This document shows positions 43,185 through 52,913 of a DNA stretch of 64,000 bases, one piece after another (position 1 is the stretch's first letter; each line of letters opens with the position of its first letter). The translations under genes and the position numbers were made by a program. Origin of the DNA: Acidimicrobiales bacterium (GTDB lineage Bacteria > Actinomycetota > Acidimicrobiia > Acidimicrobiales > DASSOZ01); contig DASSOZ010000040.1 of assembly GCA_035700105.1 (NCBI GenBank), positions 3,957 to 67,956 on the forward strand. The letters are read 5' to 3'. The notes under the pieces are model-generated. The model had not been told where the DNA came from and made no database searches. It worked only from the letters and a program-made list of their open reading frames with translations.

Positions 43185-45473
43185 ATGACCGGTCGAGGCG
43201 ACGCCGCCATCCCCCGCCGTCGGTTCCTCGGCTACGTGCTGGCGGCACCGACCGTCGTGGCCGGCGCGCAACTCCTGCAGGTGGGACGGGCGGCGGCCGT
43301 GCTGCCGTCGGCGCCGTCGGCGTCCGAGCTGTACGACCTGAGCGACCTGCTCAACGACGCGGCGGAGCCGACCGCGCACCTGATCACGGTGACCGTGCAC
43401 GAGGACGGGACGGCGTCGTTCGCCATGCCCCGTGCCGAGGTGGGTCAGGGCATCACCACCGCGGTGGCGATGACGATCGCCGACGAGCTCGACCTCCCGC
43501 TCGACCGCGTCCGCATCACGCTCGCCGACGCCCGGCCCGAGCTCCTCTGGAACCAGCTGACCGGCGGGTCGAACACGATGCACTCGATCTTCACGCCGGC
43601 GCGCGTCGCCGCCGCGGTCGCCCGGGAGCGGCTGCTCGACGCCGCCGCCATCGAGCTCGGCGCGCTCGCCAGTCGACTGACCGCGTACCAGGGCGTGATC
43701 ACCGCCCCCGACGGGCGGTCGGTCACGTACGGCGACGTCGCCGGCGCGGCCGCCACGTCGACGACGACCGCGGTGTCCGTCGAGCTCAAGCCCGACTCGG
43801 CGCTCCGGCTCGTCGGCACGCCGCAGTCGCGCGTCGACGCGCTCGAGGCGGTCACCGGGCGCAAGCGCTTCGCGATGGATCTCGACGTGCCCGGCGCGCT
43901 CCCGACGATGGTGTGCCGGCCGCCGACGATCAACGGCACGGTCGTGTCGGTGCACAACGCCGACGCCGTGCGGTCGATGCCGGGCATCACCGACGTCGCC
44001 GTCGTCCCGACCGGTGTCGCCGTGCGCGGCGCGACGTTCGGGCAGTGCATCGACGCGGTGCGAGCGCTCGACGTCTCGTGGGGACCGGGCACCGCGGAGG
44101 GCAAGTCCGACGTCGACATCGAGCGAGAGCTGATCGGGGCCGAGCTGCCGCTCGCGCCGACGCTGCCGCTGCTGTCGAAGACGATCGATCGCCGGTTCAC
44201 GTTCGCCTTCGCCAGCAACACCCCGCTCGAGACGAACTGCGCCGTGGCCGACGTGCGCGCCGACCGCGCCGAGGTGTGGTCGTCGATGAAGTCGCCGATC
44301 GTCGCCCAGCAGACGATCGCCCAGGCGCTCGGCCTGCCGCAGGACAAAGTGACGTGCCACGTGGTCGACGGCGGCGGGTCGTTCGGCCGCCACCTGTTCT
44401 TCGACGCCGCGCTCGAGGCCGCGCTCGTGTCGAAGGCGATGGGCAAGCCGGTGAAGCTGATGTGGCACCGCACCGACGACTTCCGGCAGGGCCGCGTGCA
44501 CCCGATGTCGACATCGCGGGTCCGGGCGAGCTACCTCGGCAGCAACGTGCTGACGTACGAGCAGCGGCACACCAGCGTGTCGACCGACTTCGGTCACGGC
44601 CTCGGCGAGATCCTCTCGGCGATGCTCGCCGACCTGCCGGAGGGGAACCTCGGCTACTCGCAGACGGTCTTCTCGCTGTCGCAGAACGTCCCGTACAACT
44701 TCGGCGTCGTCGACCAGCTGCTCAACGAGGTCGACGCCGGCTTCAACACCGGCAGCATGCGCAACATCTACAGCCCGAACGTCACGACGGCGCGCGAGCT
44801 CGTCGTGGACGAGCTCGCACGGGCGATGGGCCGCGACGCGTACGCGTTCCGCCGCTCGTTCCTCAAGGACGCCCGCGCGCTCGCCGTGCTCGATCGCGTC
44901 GCGCAGGTCGGCCGATGGGGTCGCGCCATGGCACCGGGCACCGCGCAGGGTCTCGCGGTGCACAGCGAGTACAAGGGCCGCGCCGCCGTCCTCGTCGAGA
45001 TCGACTGCCGGCCCGGGGCCGTCAACCGCCGCGTGCGCGACGGCTTCGCGGGGCCGCGCGTCACGCGCGCCGTGTGCGCCGTCGACGTGGGGCTCCCGGT
45101 GAACCCGCGCGGTCTCGAGGCGCAGATGATGGGTGGTCTCATGGACGGCATCGGTCTCGCGTTGACGTTCAGCGTGCATCTCGACGACGGTCACTTCGTC
45201 GAGGGCAGCTGGGACAACTCGTTCTACACGCGTGAGTGGAACGTTCCGCCCGACGTCCAGGTGGTCGTGATGCCGCCCACGACCGGTGTTCCCGGCGGCG
45301 CCGGTGAGCTCGGCGTGGCGCCGTCGTTCGCGGCGGTCGCGTGCGCGTACGCCCGTGCGACGGGGACGGTGCCGCTGCGGTTCCCGATCAACCACGCTCG
45401 CTCGGATCTGGGGTTCGACCCGCTGCCCACCGTCCCGCCGATCCCGGCCTCGCCGACCGACGGCCTGTCGTAG
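43185..45473 (+). CDS. molybdopterin-binding subunit of a xanthine dehydrogenase family oxidoreductase (IorB / aldehyde oxidase-like), 762 aa, with Tat signal
   Basis: ORF 43185..45473(+). The N-terminus carries a twin-arginine motif, IPRRRFLGYVLAAPTVVAGA. The body resembles isoquinoline 1-oxidoreductase beta subunits. Confidence 0.8.
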   Translation: MTGRGDAAIPRRRFLGYVLAAPTVVAGAQLLQVGRAAAVLPSAPSASELYDLSDLLNDAAEPTAHLITVTVHEDGTASFAMPRAEVGQGITTAVAMTIADELDLPLDRVRITLADARPELLWNQLTGGSNTMHSIFTPARVAAAVARERLLDAAAIELGALASRLTAYQGVITAPDGRSVTYGDVAGAAATSTTTAVSVELKPDSALRLVGTPQSRVDALEAVTGRKRFAMDLDVPGALPTMVCRPPTINGTVVSVHNADAVRSMPGITDVAVVPTGVAVRGATFGQCIDAVRALDVSWGPGTAEGKSDVDIERELIGAELPLAPTLPLLSKTIDRRFTFAFASNTPLETNCAVADVRADRAEVWSSMKSPIVAQQTIAQALGLPQDKVTCHVVDGGGSFGRHLFFDAALEAALVSKAMGKPVKLMWHRTDDFRQGRVHPMSTSRVRASYLGSNVLTYEQRHTSVSTDFGHGLGEILSAMLADLPEGNLGYSQTVFSLSQNVPYNFGVVDQLLNEVDAGFNTGSMRNIYSPNVTTARELVVDELARAMGRDAYAFRRSFLKDARALAVLDRVAQVGRWGRAMAPGTAQGLAVHSEYKGRAAVLVEIDCRPGAVNRRVRDGFAGPRVTRAVCAVDVGLPVNPRGLEAQMMGGLMDGIGLALTFSVHLDDGHFVEGSWDNSFYTREWNVPPDVQVVVMPPTTGVPGGAGELGVAPSFAAVACAYARATGTVPLRFPINHARSDLGFDPLPTVPPIPASPTDGLS

Positions 45474-45484
45474 GAGCGCTCGCC

Positions 45485-45952
45485 ATGCCAACCCATTCGT
45501 TCGTCGTCAACGGTGAGCGCGTGTCCGTCGACTGCCCGGACGACGTGCGCGTGCTCTGGGTGCTGCGCGACCTGCTCGGCATCCACGGCCCCAAGTACGG
45601 CTGCGGCATCAACGTCTGCAAGGCGTGCACGTGCCACCTCAACGGCACCGCGTTCAACCCGTGCTCGGTGCCCGTCTCCGCCATCGGGCCCGACGACGAG
45701 ATCACGACGATCGAGGGGCTGCCGGCCACCGCGGGCGCCGACCTGCACCCGATGCAGGAGGCGTGGCTCGACCTCGACGTCGCGCAGTGCGGCTACTGCC
45801 AGCCCGGCCAGATCATGGCCGCCGTGTCGCTCGTCCGATCGACGGGGGGCACGGTGACCGACGCCGACCTCGACTCGATCCGCAACATCTGCCGGTGCGG
45901 CACCTATCCCCGCATCCGCGAGGCGATCAAGGACGCCGCCGCGCGCATGTAG
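45485..45952 (+). CDS. (2Fe-2S)-binding small subunit (IorA-like), 155 aa
   Basis: ORF 45341..45952(+) trimmed to the ATG at 45485, preceded by AGGAG. Cys clusters are GCGINVCKACTC, CGYCQPGQIM and CRCGTYPRI. Confidence 0.9.
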   Translation: MPTHSFVVNGERVSVDCPDDVRVLWVLRDLLGIHGPKYGCGINVCKACTCHLNGTAFNPCSVPVSAIGPDDEITTIEGLPATAGADLHPMQEAWLDLDVAQCGYCQPGQIMAAVSLVRSTGGTVTDADLDSIRNICRCGTYPRIREAIKDAAARM

Positions 45953-45973
45953 CGGGCGGCACTCTCGCTTCTT

Positions 45974-46010
45974 GTCACGGCTGGCCACACATACGGTGGC
46001 CAGCCGTGAC
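45974..46010. terminator. bidirectional hairpin between convergent genes
   Basis: Perfect 15-bp stem GTCACGGCTGGCCAC / GTGGCCAGCCGTGAC with a 7-nt loop. Confidence 0.6.
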
Positions 46011-46028
46011 GAGAAAGCCGGTGGTGGG

Positions 46029-47726
46029 CTACGAGCGCACGACGCGGCCGGCGAGTGCGCCCGTGTGGCGGCCGTCCTCCATGAACGGCTCGCCGTTGAC
46101 GATCGACCACGCGTAGCCGTCGGCGCGCTGCACGAACCGGCCGGCGCCGCCGGGGAAGTCGTGGACGTACTCGGGGAGCGGCAGTCGCAGCCCGTCGAGG
46201 TCGAAGGCGACGATGTCGGCGAACGCGCCCTCGCGCAGCACACCGCGGTCGGCGACGCCGAACACCGCGGCGGTGTCGGACGTCAGGCGGCGCACGCCCT
46301 CCTCGAGCGTGAACCGGCCCCGGTCTCGCACCCAGTGCGAGAGGAAGAACGTCGGCAGGCTGGCGTCCATGATCTGGCCGACGTGGGCGCCGGCGTCGCC
46401 GAGGCCGAGCATCGTGCTCGGGTGACCGAGCAGCTCCTCGACCGCCGCCATCGAGTGGTTGAGGAAGGGGAAGCTGAACAGCGCCCGCCCGCCGGTCTCG
46501 ACGGTCAGGCGCAGGAACGTCGCCGCCGGGGTCTCACCCGCGGCCGCCGCCAGCGCGGCGAGGCTGTCGGCCGGCTGGTGGTCGTAGCGGGCCTCGTCGG
46601 CGCCGAGGAAGTACAGCTTGTCGATCGGGAAGCCGGTACCGCGCTCGTCGGCGTCGCGAACCAGCGTGGCGCGCCGCTGGTCGTCGGCGACGACGGCGAA
46701 CCGCTCGTCCTCGTCGAGCGCCATCAGTTCACGCCATGACGCGACGCCGTCGAACGGCGTGCGCACGCAGAGGCCGAACAGGATGCCGATGCCGCGGGCG
46801 GTCGACTGCGGCCGCAGCCGCGCGCCCTCCCGTGCCGCCTCGTCGACGAGGCGCAGGACGTCCGAGTGCAGCGTCGGGCGCGTGTCGACCGATGCGACGG
46901 CGAACGTGACCGGCCGGCCGGTGCGTCGGTTCACCTCGGCCATCCACGCCAGCTCGGCGCGGGTCGTCGCCAGGTCGTCGCCTTCGCGCTCACCGATGCG
47001 GGGCGCGACCTCGAACGTGCCCCGCCCGCGCGCCGCGAGCACGTCGGCGATGGCGAACAGCTCGTCAGGCGTCGCGTACGTGCCGGGCACCGAACGGCCG
47101 TCCGGGACGCGATGCAGCATCGTGCGCGACGTCGAGAACCCGAGCGCGCCGGCGGCGATCGCCTCGTCGACGACGGCCACCATGGCGCGGACGTCGTCCT
47201 CACTTGCAGGCGCGTCGTCGAGGCCGCGCTCGCCCATCGCCCAGTGGCGCACCGCGCAGTGGCCCACCATCCCGCCGACGTTGATGCCCTTCGGGAGGCG
47301 GTCGAGCGCGGCCAGGTACTCGCCGTACGTCTCCCAGTTCCACTCGAGGCCCGACATGATGCTGTCGGCCGGGATGTCCTCGACCGACTCCATCATGCGG
47401 GCGAGGTACTCGCGGTCGTCGGGCTTGCACGGCGCGAACGCCACACCGCAGTTGCCGAGGACGACCGATGTCACGCCGTGCCAGCACGACGACGTCGCGA
47501 CGGGGTCCCACGCCAGCTGCGCGTCGAGGTGCGTGTGCGCGTCGACGAACCCCGGCGCGACCACGAGCCCGTCGGCGTCGAGCGTGCGCCGTGCCGTACC
47601 GTCGACGTCAGCACGGTCACCCACGGCGACGATGCGCTCGCCGCGCACCGCGACGTCGGCGCGTCGGGCGGGCGATCCCGTCCCGTCGACGACCGTTCCG
47701 CCGCGGATCACCAGGTCGTAGTCCAT
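46029..47726 (-). CDS. N-acyl-D-amino-acid deacylase family amidohydrolase, 565 aa
   Basis: ORF 46029..47774(-) trimmed to the ATG at 47726 (MDYDLVIRGGTVVDG). The metal-binding motif is GFVDAHTHLD. Confidence 0.85.
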   Translation of the reverse strand: MDYDLVIRGGTVVDGTGSPARRADVAVRGERIVAVGDRADVDGTARRTLDADGLVVAPGFVDAHTHLDAQLAWDPVATSSCWHGVTSVVLGNCGVAFAPCKPDDREYLARMMESVEDIPADSIMSGLEWNWETYGEYLAALDRLPKGINVGGMVGHCAVRHWAMGERGLDDAPASEDDVRAMVAVVDEAIAAGALGFSTSRTMLHRVPDGRSVPGTYATPDELFAIADVLAARGRGTFEVAPRIGEREGDDLATTRAELAWMAEVNRRTGRPVTFAVASVDTRPTLHSDVLRLVDEAAREGARLRPQSTARGIGILFGLCVRTPFDGVASWRELMALDEDERFAVVADDQRRATLVRDADERGTGFPIDKLYFLGADEARYDHQPADSLAALAAAAGETPAATFLRLTVETGGRALFSFPFLNHSMAAVEELLGHPSTMLGLGDAGAHVGQIMDASLPTFFLSHWVRDRGRFTLEEGVRRLTSDTAAVFGVADRGVLREGAFADIVAFDLDGLRLPLPEYVHDFPGGAGRFVQRADGYAWSIVNGEPFMEDGRHTGALAGRVVRS

Positions 47727-47763
47727 CGCGCAGTCTTGCTCGGGCGACGAGCCGCTGTCGCCG

Positions 47764-48423
47764 TCAGCCCCCATCGCCGGCGATCGCCGCCCCGACGTCG
47801 TAGGCGCTGGTGTCGCCCGAGCCCGAGCCCGGGCCGGGGACCTCGACGATGCGCTCGGGCGCGTCGTCGAACTCCGTGCGCAACGCGCGGGACATCACCG
47901 CGTGCATCTCGTACATCGCGGTGATGTACGTGAGCTCGAGGATCTCCTCGTCGCGCAGGTGCTCGCGCAGCGCGTCGAACACGCCGTCGGCGACGCGGCC
48001 GCCGTCGTAGACGAGCGCGTCGGTGTACGCGAGGACGGCGCGCTCGACCGGCGTGAAGACGTCCGACACCTGCCAGTGCGGGATCGCCCGGATCTTCTGC
48101 TCCGACAGGCCGACGGCGCGGCACGACTTGCAGTGCTGCGAGAAGACGAACTGGCTGCCGCGCGTCCAACCGGCGCGCGTCTGCCCGAGCTCGCGCAGCT
48201 GCGGGTCGAGGACGCGGTCGGTGCTCTGGTAGAGCGCAAATCCGCGAACCGCGTGGCGCAGCACGTCGGGGACGAGCGCGAACACCGTCCACCAGTCGCC
48301 GGGGGTCCCGGTGTCGGTGCCGGGTTCGGCGACCGGATCGCGATCGCCGAACAACCGCTCGTACATCGACAGCACGATGCCGGGAGCGGCGTCGCGTCGA
48401 GCGACCTGTCGGAGCCGGGGCAT
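47764..48423 (-). CDS. carboxymuconolactone decarboxylase (AhpD-like) family protein, 219 aa
   Basis: ORF 47764..48729(-) trimmed to the ATG at 48423. An AhpD-like Cys motif is present (QHCKSCRAVG). Confidence 0.7.
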   Translation of the reverse strand: MPRLRQVARRDAAPGIVLSMYERLFGDRDPVAEPGTDTGTPGDWWTVFALVPDVLRHAVRGFALYQSTDRVLDPQLRELGQTRAGWTRGSQFVFSQHCKSCRAVGLSEQKIRAIPHWQVSDVFTPVERAVLAYTDALVYDGGRVADGVFDALREHLRDEEILELTYITAMYEMHAVMSRALRTEFDDAPERIVEVPGPGSGSGDTSAYDVGAAIAGDGG

Positions 48424-48425
48424 CG

Positions 48426-49280
48426 TCAGTCCTCCTCCACCGGGCGGGCGCCGCGGAGATCCGGGAACCGGGTGTCGAGTCCCTTCGCGGCGACCTGGAA
48501 GAGCGGCACGGGCTCGGGCAGCCCGCGCAGCCGGTACGACCCGAGCGCCCGGAAGCGGACGCCGTCGAGCCTCGAACCCTTCACCGCCGTCCTCGTGTCG
48601 CCGGACACGACGATCTGGCCGCCGTGCGCCGCCGCCGACACGCGCGCCGCGGTGTGCACCGGGACGCCGATGTAGTTGCCGTCCGTCAGCGTCGGGTAGC
48701 CGCTGTGGATGCCGATCCGCACCCGGCACTGGACCTCACCTGTCCACGTGCGGCCGCGCAGGTCGCGCTGGGCGGCGACGGCCATCGTGAGCGCGGACAC
48801 CGGGTTCTCGAACACCGCGAACGACTCGTCGGCGCGCGCATCCACGAGATGACCACCGTGCGCCGTGATCCACCCGGCAAGTACCGACCGCACGCTCTCG
48901 AGGAGTTCGCGGTAGGCGTCACCGAGGCGATGGACGAGGTCGGTCGATCCCTCGACGTCGGTCATCACCATCGTGAGGAAACCGTCCGGCAGCACGACGG
49001 GCGCCCTGGCGTCGCGGCGCGCCAGCTCGCGCTCGGCGTGGAGCTGGCCGGCGATGAAGCCGACCGGGACGATGCGGTACTTCTTGGCCGCCTTCAGCAG
49101 CCGCGCCCGCGCCTGCTCGCGCGCGGCGTCGCTCTCGAACCGCACCTGCCCGAACCGCGCCAGCGCGTTCCGCACGTGCGCCTCGTCGTGGATCGGCAAC
49201 CGCCGCCGACCCTGCGCGTCGATGTACGCGAACGCACGGTCGGGCAGCTTGGCGCGGGTGGCGGCGTCGAGCAGAGCCAC
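48426..49280 (-). CDS. class III adenylate/guanylate cyclase with an N-terminal DUF6582-like domain, 284 aa
   Basis: ORF 48426..49280(-). The N-terminus reads LPDRAFAYID..GRRRLPIHDEAHVRNALARF. Cyclase motifs are VMTDVEGSTDL and ESFAVF. Confidence 0.75.
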   Translation of the reverse strand: MALLDAATRAKLPDRAFAYIDAQGRRRLPIHDEAHVRNALARFGQVRFESDAAREQARARLLKAAKKYRIVPVGFIAGQLHAERELARRDARAPVVLPDGFLTMVMTDVEGSTDLVHRLGDAYRELLESVRSVLAGWITAHGGHLVDARADESFAVFENPVSALTMAVAAQRDLRGRTWTGEVQCRVRIGIHSGYPTLTDGNYIGVPVHTAARVSAAAHGGQIVVSGDTRTAVKGSRLDGVRFRALGSYRLRGLPEPVPLFQVAAKGLDTRFPDLRGARPVEED

Positions 49281-49357
49281 GGACCGACGTTATTCGGCCC
49301 ACGTCGACCCGGCACCCGGACGGTGGGCCGGTTCGGCGCCACCGACAACACCCCGGG

Positions 49358-50761
49358 TCAGCCCGGTGAGCTCGCAGCAGGCTTCACGAGGATGGCGCGC
49401 GTGTAGAGGAGGTGGAAGCCGCTCCGCTGGGCATTCTGCTGGGACTTGGATCCCGGTTGGACGACGATGACGGCGACGTCGCAGCCCTCGGCAACCGCGT
49501 CCGCGAGACGGCGGGACAGGAACGCACTCTGGATACCGTGACGGCGGTGCGCCGGGGCGGTCGCAGCTCCCGCGAACTGGGCGATGTCGCCGACGAGACG
49601 CAATTCGGCTCCGCCCGCGAGGGAGCCGGCGCGCCACGCCGAGTACCGACGCACGCCCGCGTGGGCCGCGTCACGCTGGGCCTGCTCGTAGATCGCGCGC
49701 GGGAACTCCTCGTGCCAGGCGAGACCCTCGGAGTCAGGGTGGGCGGCTGCGTCCGCCACGACCCGCAACCAGTCGTCGAACTCGTCGTCGGGACTGAGCC
49801 GTACCTCGATGTCCGATGGCGACACCCACGGGTCGCACCGATCGAGTGACCGGCCGAGGACGTTCTCGAACGACTCCAGTCGATATCCCCGGGCCGTGAG
49901 CAGCTCGCCGATGGCGGGGTCGGCGAGGTGAGCCAGCTCGACCTGGGTCGGTGCACCCCGCGCCGCGAACGCGCCCTCGATCGCGTCGAGCTCGTCGAGG
50001 CCGGGGACTCCGTCGAACCCCCAGCCGGCAACCTTGTTGTACGGCGATCCCTCGTCGGCGAAGCTCGCCACCCCGCCGGCGACTGGTATGAGGAACGACG
50101 GCGCTCCGCGCCGCCCGGCGGCGTCGTTGACGGCGCGGATGAGATCGACTTCCGCCCGCTCGATGCGGTGCGCCAGTTTCGTATCGCAGAAAAACGACGC
50201 GGCTGCGGTGGACATGTTCCGCGCTCCGCTGGAGGCTGTGTTCGGCGGCGTGACGGCGCGGCGCATGCAGACGCGCACGGCGGGGTCGAGACCGTGCGCG
50301 GCCTCCGCGTTGCGCAGCTCGCGCAGCTCGGGGCCGATGTCGGTGTCGTCGAGCACCGTGAAGCCGAGATGCTCGTACAGCGGGCGGTTCCACGACACGT
50401 CGGTGAAGGTCGTGAGGGTCAGGACCGTCATCTCGCGTTCCGCCGCCCACGCCGCGACCCATTCGACGAGCATGCGGCCGATGCCGGTTCCCTGGTGGCG
50501 TGGGTGGACCGTCACCTGCTCGATGTGTGCGCCGCCGTCGACGACGTCGACCAGCACGTAGCCGACGACCCCGCCCGACTCGTCCGTCGCGACCCACCCC
50601 CGCCCGCCGGCCACGTACGGCGTCAGCTCGTCCGCGGTGAACGGCTCGTCGTCGGCGACGTTCGGGTAGCCGGCCTCGCGGAAGCGCTGACTCGCGAGCC
50701 GTTCGATCTCGGCCACCGTGTCGGTGTCGTCGACCGACAGCGGGCGAAGGTCGACCGTCAC
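49358..50761 (-). CDS. fused GNAT acetyltransferase (single GNAT domain plus a ~290-aa double-GNAT-like module), 467 aa
   Basis: ORF 49358..50761(-), GTG start overlapping the upstream stop as GTGA. The first domain motif is HPRHQGTGIGRMLV and the last domain motif is APAHRRHGIQSAFL. No stop codon separates the modules. Confidence 0.7.
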   Translation of the reverse strand: MTVDLRPLSVDDTDTVAEIERLASQRFREAGYPNVADDEPFTADELTPYVAGGRGWVATDESGGVVGYVLVDVVDGGAHIEQVTVHPRHQGTGIGRMLVEWVAAWAAEREMTVLTLTTFTDVSWNRPLYEHLGFTVLDDTDIGPELRELRNAEAAHGLDPAVRVCMRRAVTPPNTASSGARNMSTAAASFFCDTKLAHRIERAEVDLIRAVNDAAGRRGAPSFLIPVAGGVASFADEGSPYNKVAGWGFDGVPGLDELDAIEGAFAARGAPTQVELAHLADPAIGELLTARGYRLESFENVLGRSLDRCDPWVSPSDIEVRLSPDDEFDDWLRVVADAAAHPDSEGLAWHEEFPRAIYEQAQRDAAHAGVRRYSAWRAGSLAGGAELRLVGDIAQFAGAATAPAHRRHGIQSAFLSRRLADAVAEGCDVAVIVVQPGSKSQQNAQRSGFHLLYTRAILVKPAASSPG

Positions 50762-51780
50762 GCGACCACCTCGAGTCCGAACGTCGCGACACCCCGCTCG
50801 AACGGGACGGACGCCTCGAAGCCGAGGACGTCCCGCGCTCGTGCCGGCGAGGCGAAGACGTGCCGGACGTCCCCCAGGCGCCAGTCACCGGTGACCACCG
50901 GTTCGGGTCCGCCGAGCGCGGCCGACAGCGCGCACGCAAGGTCGAGCACCGTGCGAGGCGCGCCGCTGCACACGTTGAACGCGCCGTCCGCCGGCGCCGG
51001 CCGCGTGAGCGCGAGCACGTTGGCGCGGGCGACGTCCGTGACGTGTACGAAGTCGCGCCGCTGCGCGCCGTCCTCGAAGACACGCGGCGCCCGGCCTGCA
51101 TGCAGCGCGCTCGTGAAGATCGACGCCACGCCCGCGTAGGGCGTGTCCCGCGGCATTCGCGGGCCGTACACGTTGTGGTAGCGCAGTGCCGTCACCGGCA
51201 CGCCGAGCTCGGCGCCCACAGCGCGGCAGAGATGCTCCTGATGGAGCTTCGTGGCCGCATAGACGTTGCGCGGATCGGCGGCCGCGTCCTCGGTGACGGC
51301 GCGCGCCTCGAGCGCAGCCCCGCACACCGGGCAACGAGGGTCGAAGCGTCCTGCCGCGAGGTCGTCGCGCCGCCGCGGCGCGGCGCGGACCGGCCCGTGC
51401 TCGGCGCACGAATACCCGCCCTCGCCGTAGACGACCATGCTGCTGGCGAGCACGAGGCGACCGTGGAAGCCGACCGCGTCCATCGCCTGCAACCCGGCTG
51501 CGGTCCCGACGTCGTTGTCGGCGACGTAGGACGACACGTCCGCGGCCCGCACGCCGAGCCCCACCTTCGCGGCCTGGTGCGAGACCGCGTCCACGCCCCG
51601 CAGCGCGTCGATCCACGTCTGCGCGTCACGCACGTCGCCGCGTACGTATGCGGCACGAGCATCCACATCGTCGGTCCGGGCGGCGCGATCGAGGACGACG
51701 ACCTCATGCCCGAGCTCGCACAGCTCGTCGACGATGTGCGAACCGACGAAGCCCGCGCCCCCGGTGACGAGGACCCTCAT
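50758..51780 (-). CDS. NAD-dependent epimerase/dehydratase family protein, 340 aa
   Basis: ORF 50758..51780(-). The Rossmann motif is VTGGAGFVGSH and the catalytic motif is YAATKLHQE. It also carries a Cys-containing insertion (CAEHG...CPVCG). Confidence 0.85.
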   Translation of the reverse strand: MRVLVTGGAGFVGSHIVDELCELGHEVVVLDRAARTDDVDARAAYVRGDVRDAQTWIDALRGVDAVSHQAAKVGLGVRAADVSSYVADNDVGTAAGLQAMDAVGFHGRLVLASSMVVYGEGGYSCAEHGPVRAAPRRRDDLAAGRFDPRCPVCGAALEARAVTEDAAADPRNVYAATKLHQEHLCRAVGAELGVPVTALRYHNVYGPRMPRDTPYAGVASIFTSALHAGRAPRVFEDGAQRRDFVHVTDVARANVLALTRPAPADGAFNVCSGAPRTVLDLACALSAALGGPEPVVTGDWRLGDVRHVFASPARARDVLGFEASVPFERGVATFGLEVVA

Positions 51781-52913
51781 GACGGCAGGGGCAGCCGCAC
51801 GGTGAACCGGCAGCCGCCCTCCTCGTTGCGCACGGCGATGTCGCCGCGGTGGGCCTCGACGAGCCCGCGCGCGATCGCCAGGCCGAAGCCGGCCCCCGCG
51901 CGCTCGCCCGGCGACCGGGCGGTATCACCCGTGAACGCCAGGTCGAAGACCCGGTCGAGGTCGTCGGTCGGGATGCCGCCGCAGGTGTCGCGCACGGACA
52001 CGAACGCGACGTCGTCGTGGACGCCGGCCTCGACGCGCACGGCGCCGTCGGGCGGCGTGTGGCGGATCGCGTTGTCGAGCAGGTTGCGCACGACCCGCGC
52101 CAGCTCGGGCGTCGACACCTCGACGATCGGCGCGGGGTCGGCGAGGGTGCCGTCGAGGTGCACCCCCTTCGCCCTCGCGACCGCCCATGCGCCGGCGACG
52201 GCGTCGGAGACGACTTCGCCCAGCGAGACGCGCTCGACGTTGAGGTCGAGCGCGGCCGCCTCGATGCGGCTGAGCTCGAACAGGTCGTCGACGAGGCCGG
52301 CGAGGCGCTCGGCCTCGACGCGGATCCCCGCGTGGTACGCGGCGATCGTGCCGGCGTCGTCCACGACGCCGTCCTCGATCGCCTCGACCATGGCGCGGAT
52401 GCCGGCGAGCGGCGTCCGCAGGTCGTGCGACACCCACGCCACGAGCTCACGCCGCGACGTCTCGAGCGCGCGCTCGCGCGCGACCGCTTCCTCCAGCTGC
52501 GCCGACGTCTCGCGCAGGGCGGTCGCAAGCCGGTTCGCGGCGCTCAACCGCGACCCGAGCGTGTGCGCGGCCAGGACGCCGACGGTGCCGGAAGCTGCGA
52601 GCACCACGACGAGCGCGGAGAGGTCGTGCGTGGACACGAACATCGCGTTGGCGGCGAGGACGACGCCTGCCGTCGTCGCGGCGACGGAGGCAAGGCCGAC
52701 GACGACCGTCTGCAGTGCGACCGACCGCGTCGGCAACATCGCGAGGGCGGCGGCGCCGACGAGCGCGACCGCGGCGGCGCCGCCCGTGGCCAGCGCCGCG
52801 AGCTGGACGCCGTCGCCGCCGGGGATGCCGGCGGTCGCGGCGGCGGCGAACGTGAGGATCGCTCCGACGGCGACGAGCGCTGCGGGAACGATGATCGGGT
52901 GGCGTGTCGTCAT
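51777..52913 (-). CDS. sensor histidine kinase, 378 aa
   Basis: ORF 51777..53405(-) trimmed to the ATG at 52913, which overlaps the regulator stop as ATGA. The H-box is SHDLRTPLAGI, the N-box is NLLDNAIRHT and the G-box is GAGFGLAI. The N-terminal region contains several TM helices. Confidence 0.9.
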   Translation of the reverse strand: MTTRHPIIVPAALVAVGAILTFAAAATAGIPGGDGVQLAALATGGAAAVALVGAAALAMLPTRSVALQTVVVGLASVAATTAGVVLAANAMFVSTHDLSALVVVLAASGTVGVLAAHTLGSRLSAANRLATALRETSAQLEEAVARERALETSRRELVAWVSHDLRTPLAGIRAMVEAIEDGVVDDAGTIAAYHAGIRVEAERLAGLVDDLFELSRIEAAALDLNVERVSLGEVVSDAVAGAWAVARAKGVHLDGTLADPAPIVEVSTPELARVVRNLLDNAIRHTPPDGAVRVEAGVHDDVAFVSVRDTCGGIPTDDLDRVFDLAFTGDTARSPGERAGAGFGLAIARGLVEAHRGDIAVRNEEGGCRFTVRLPLPS

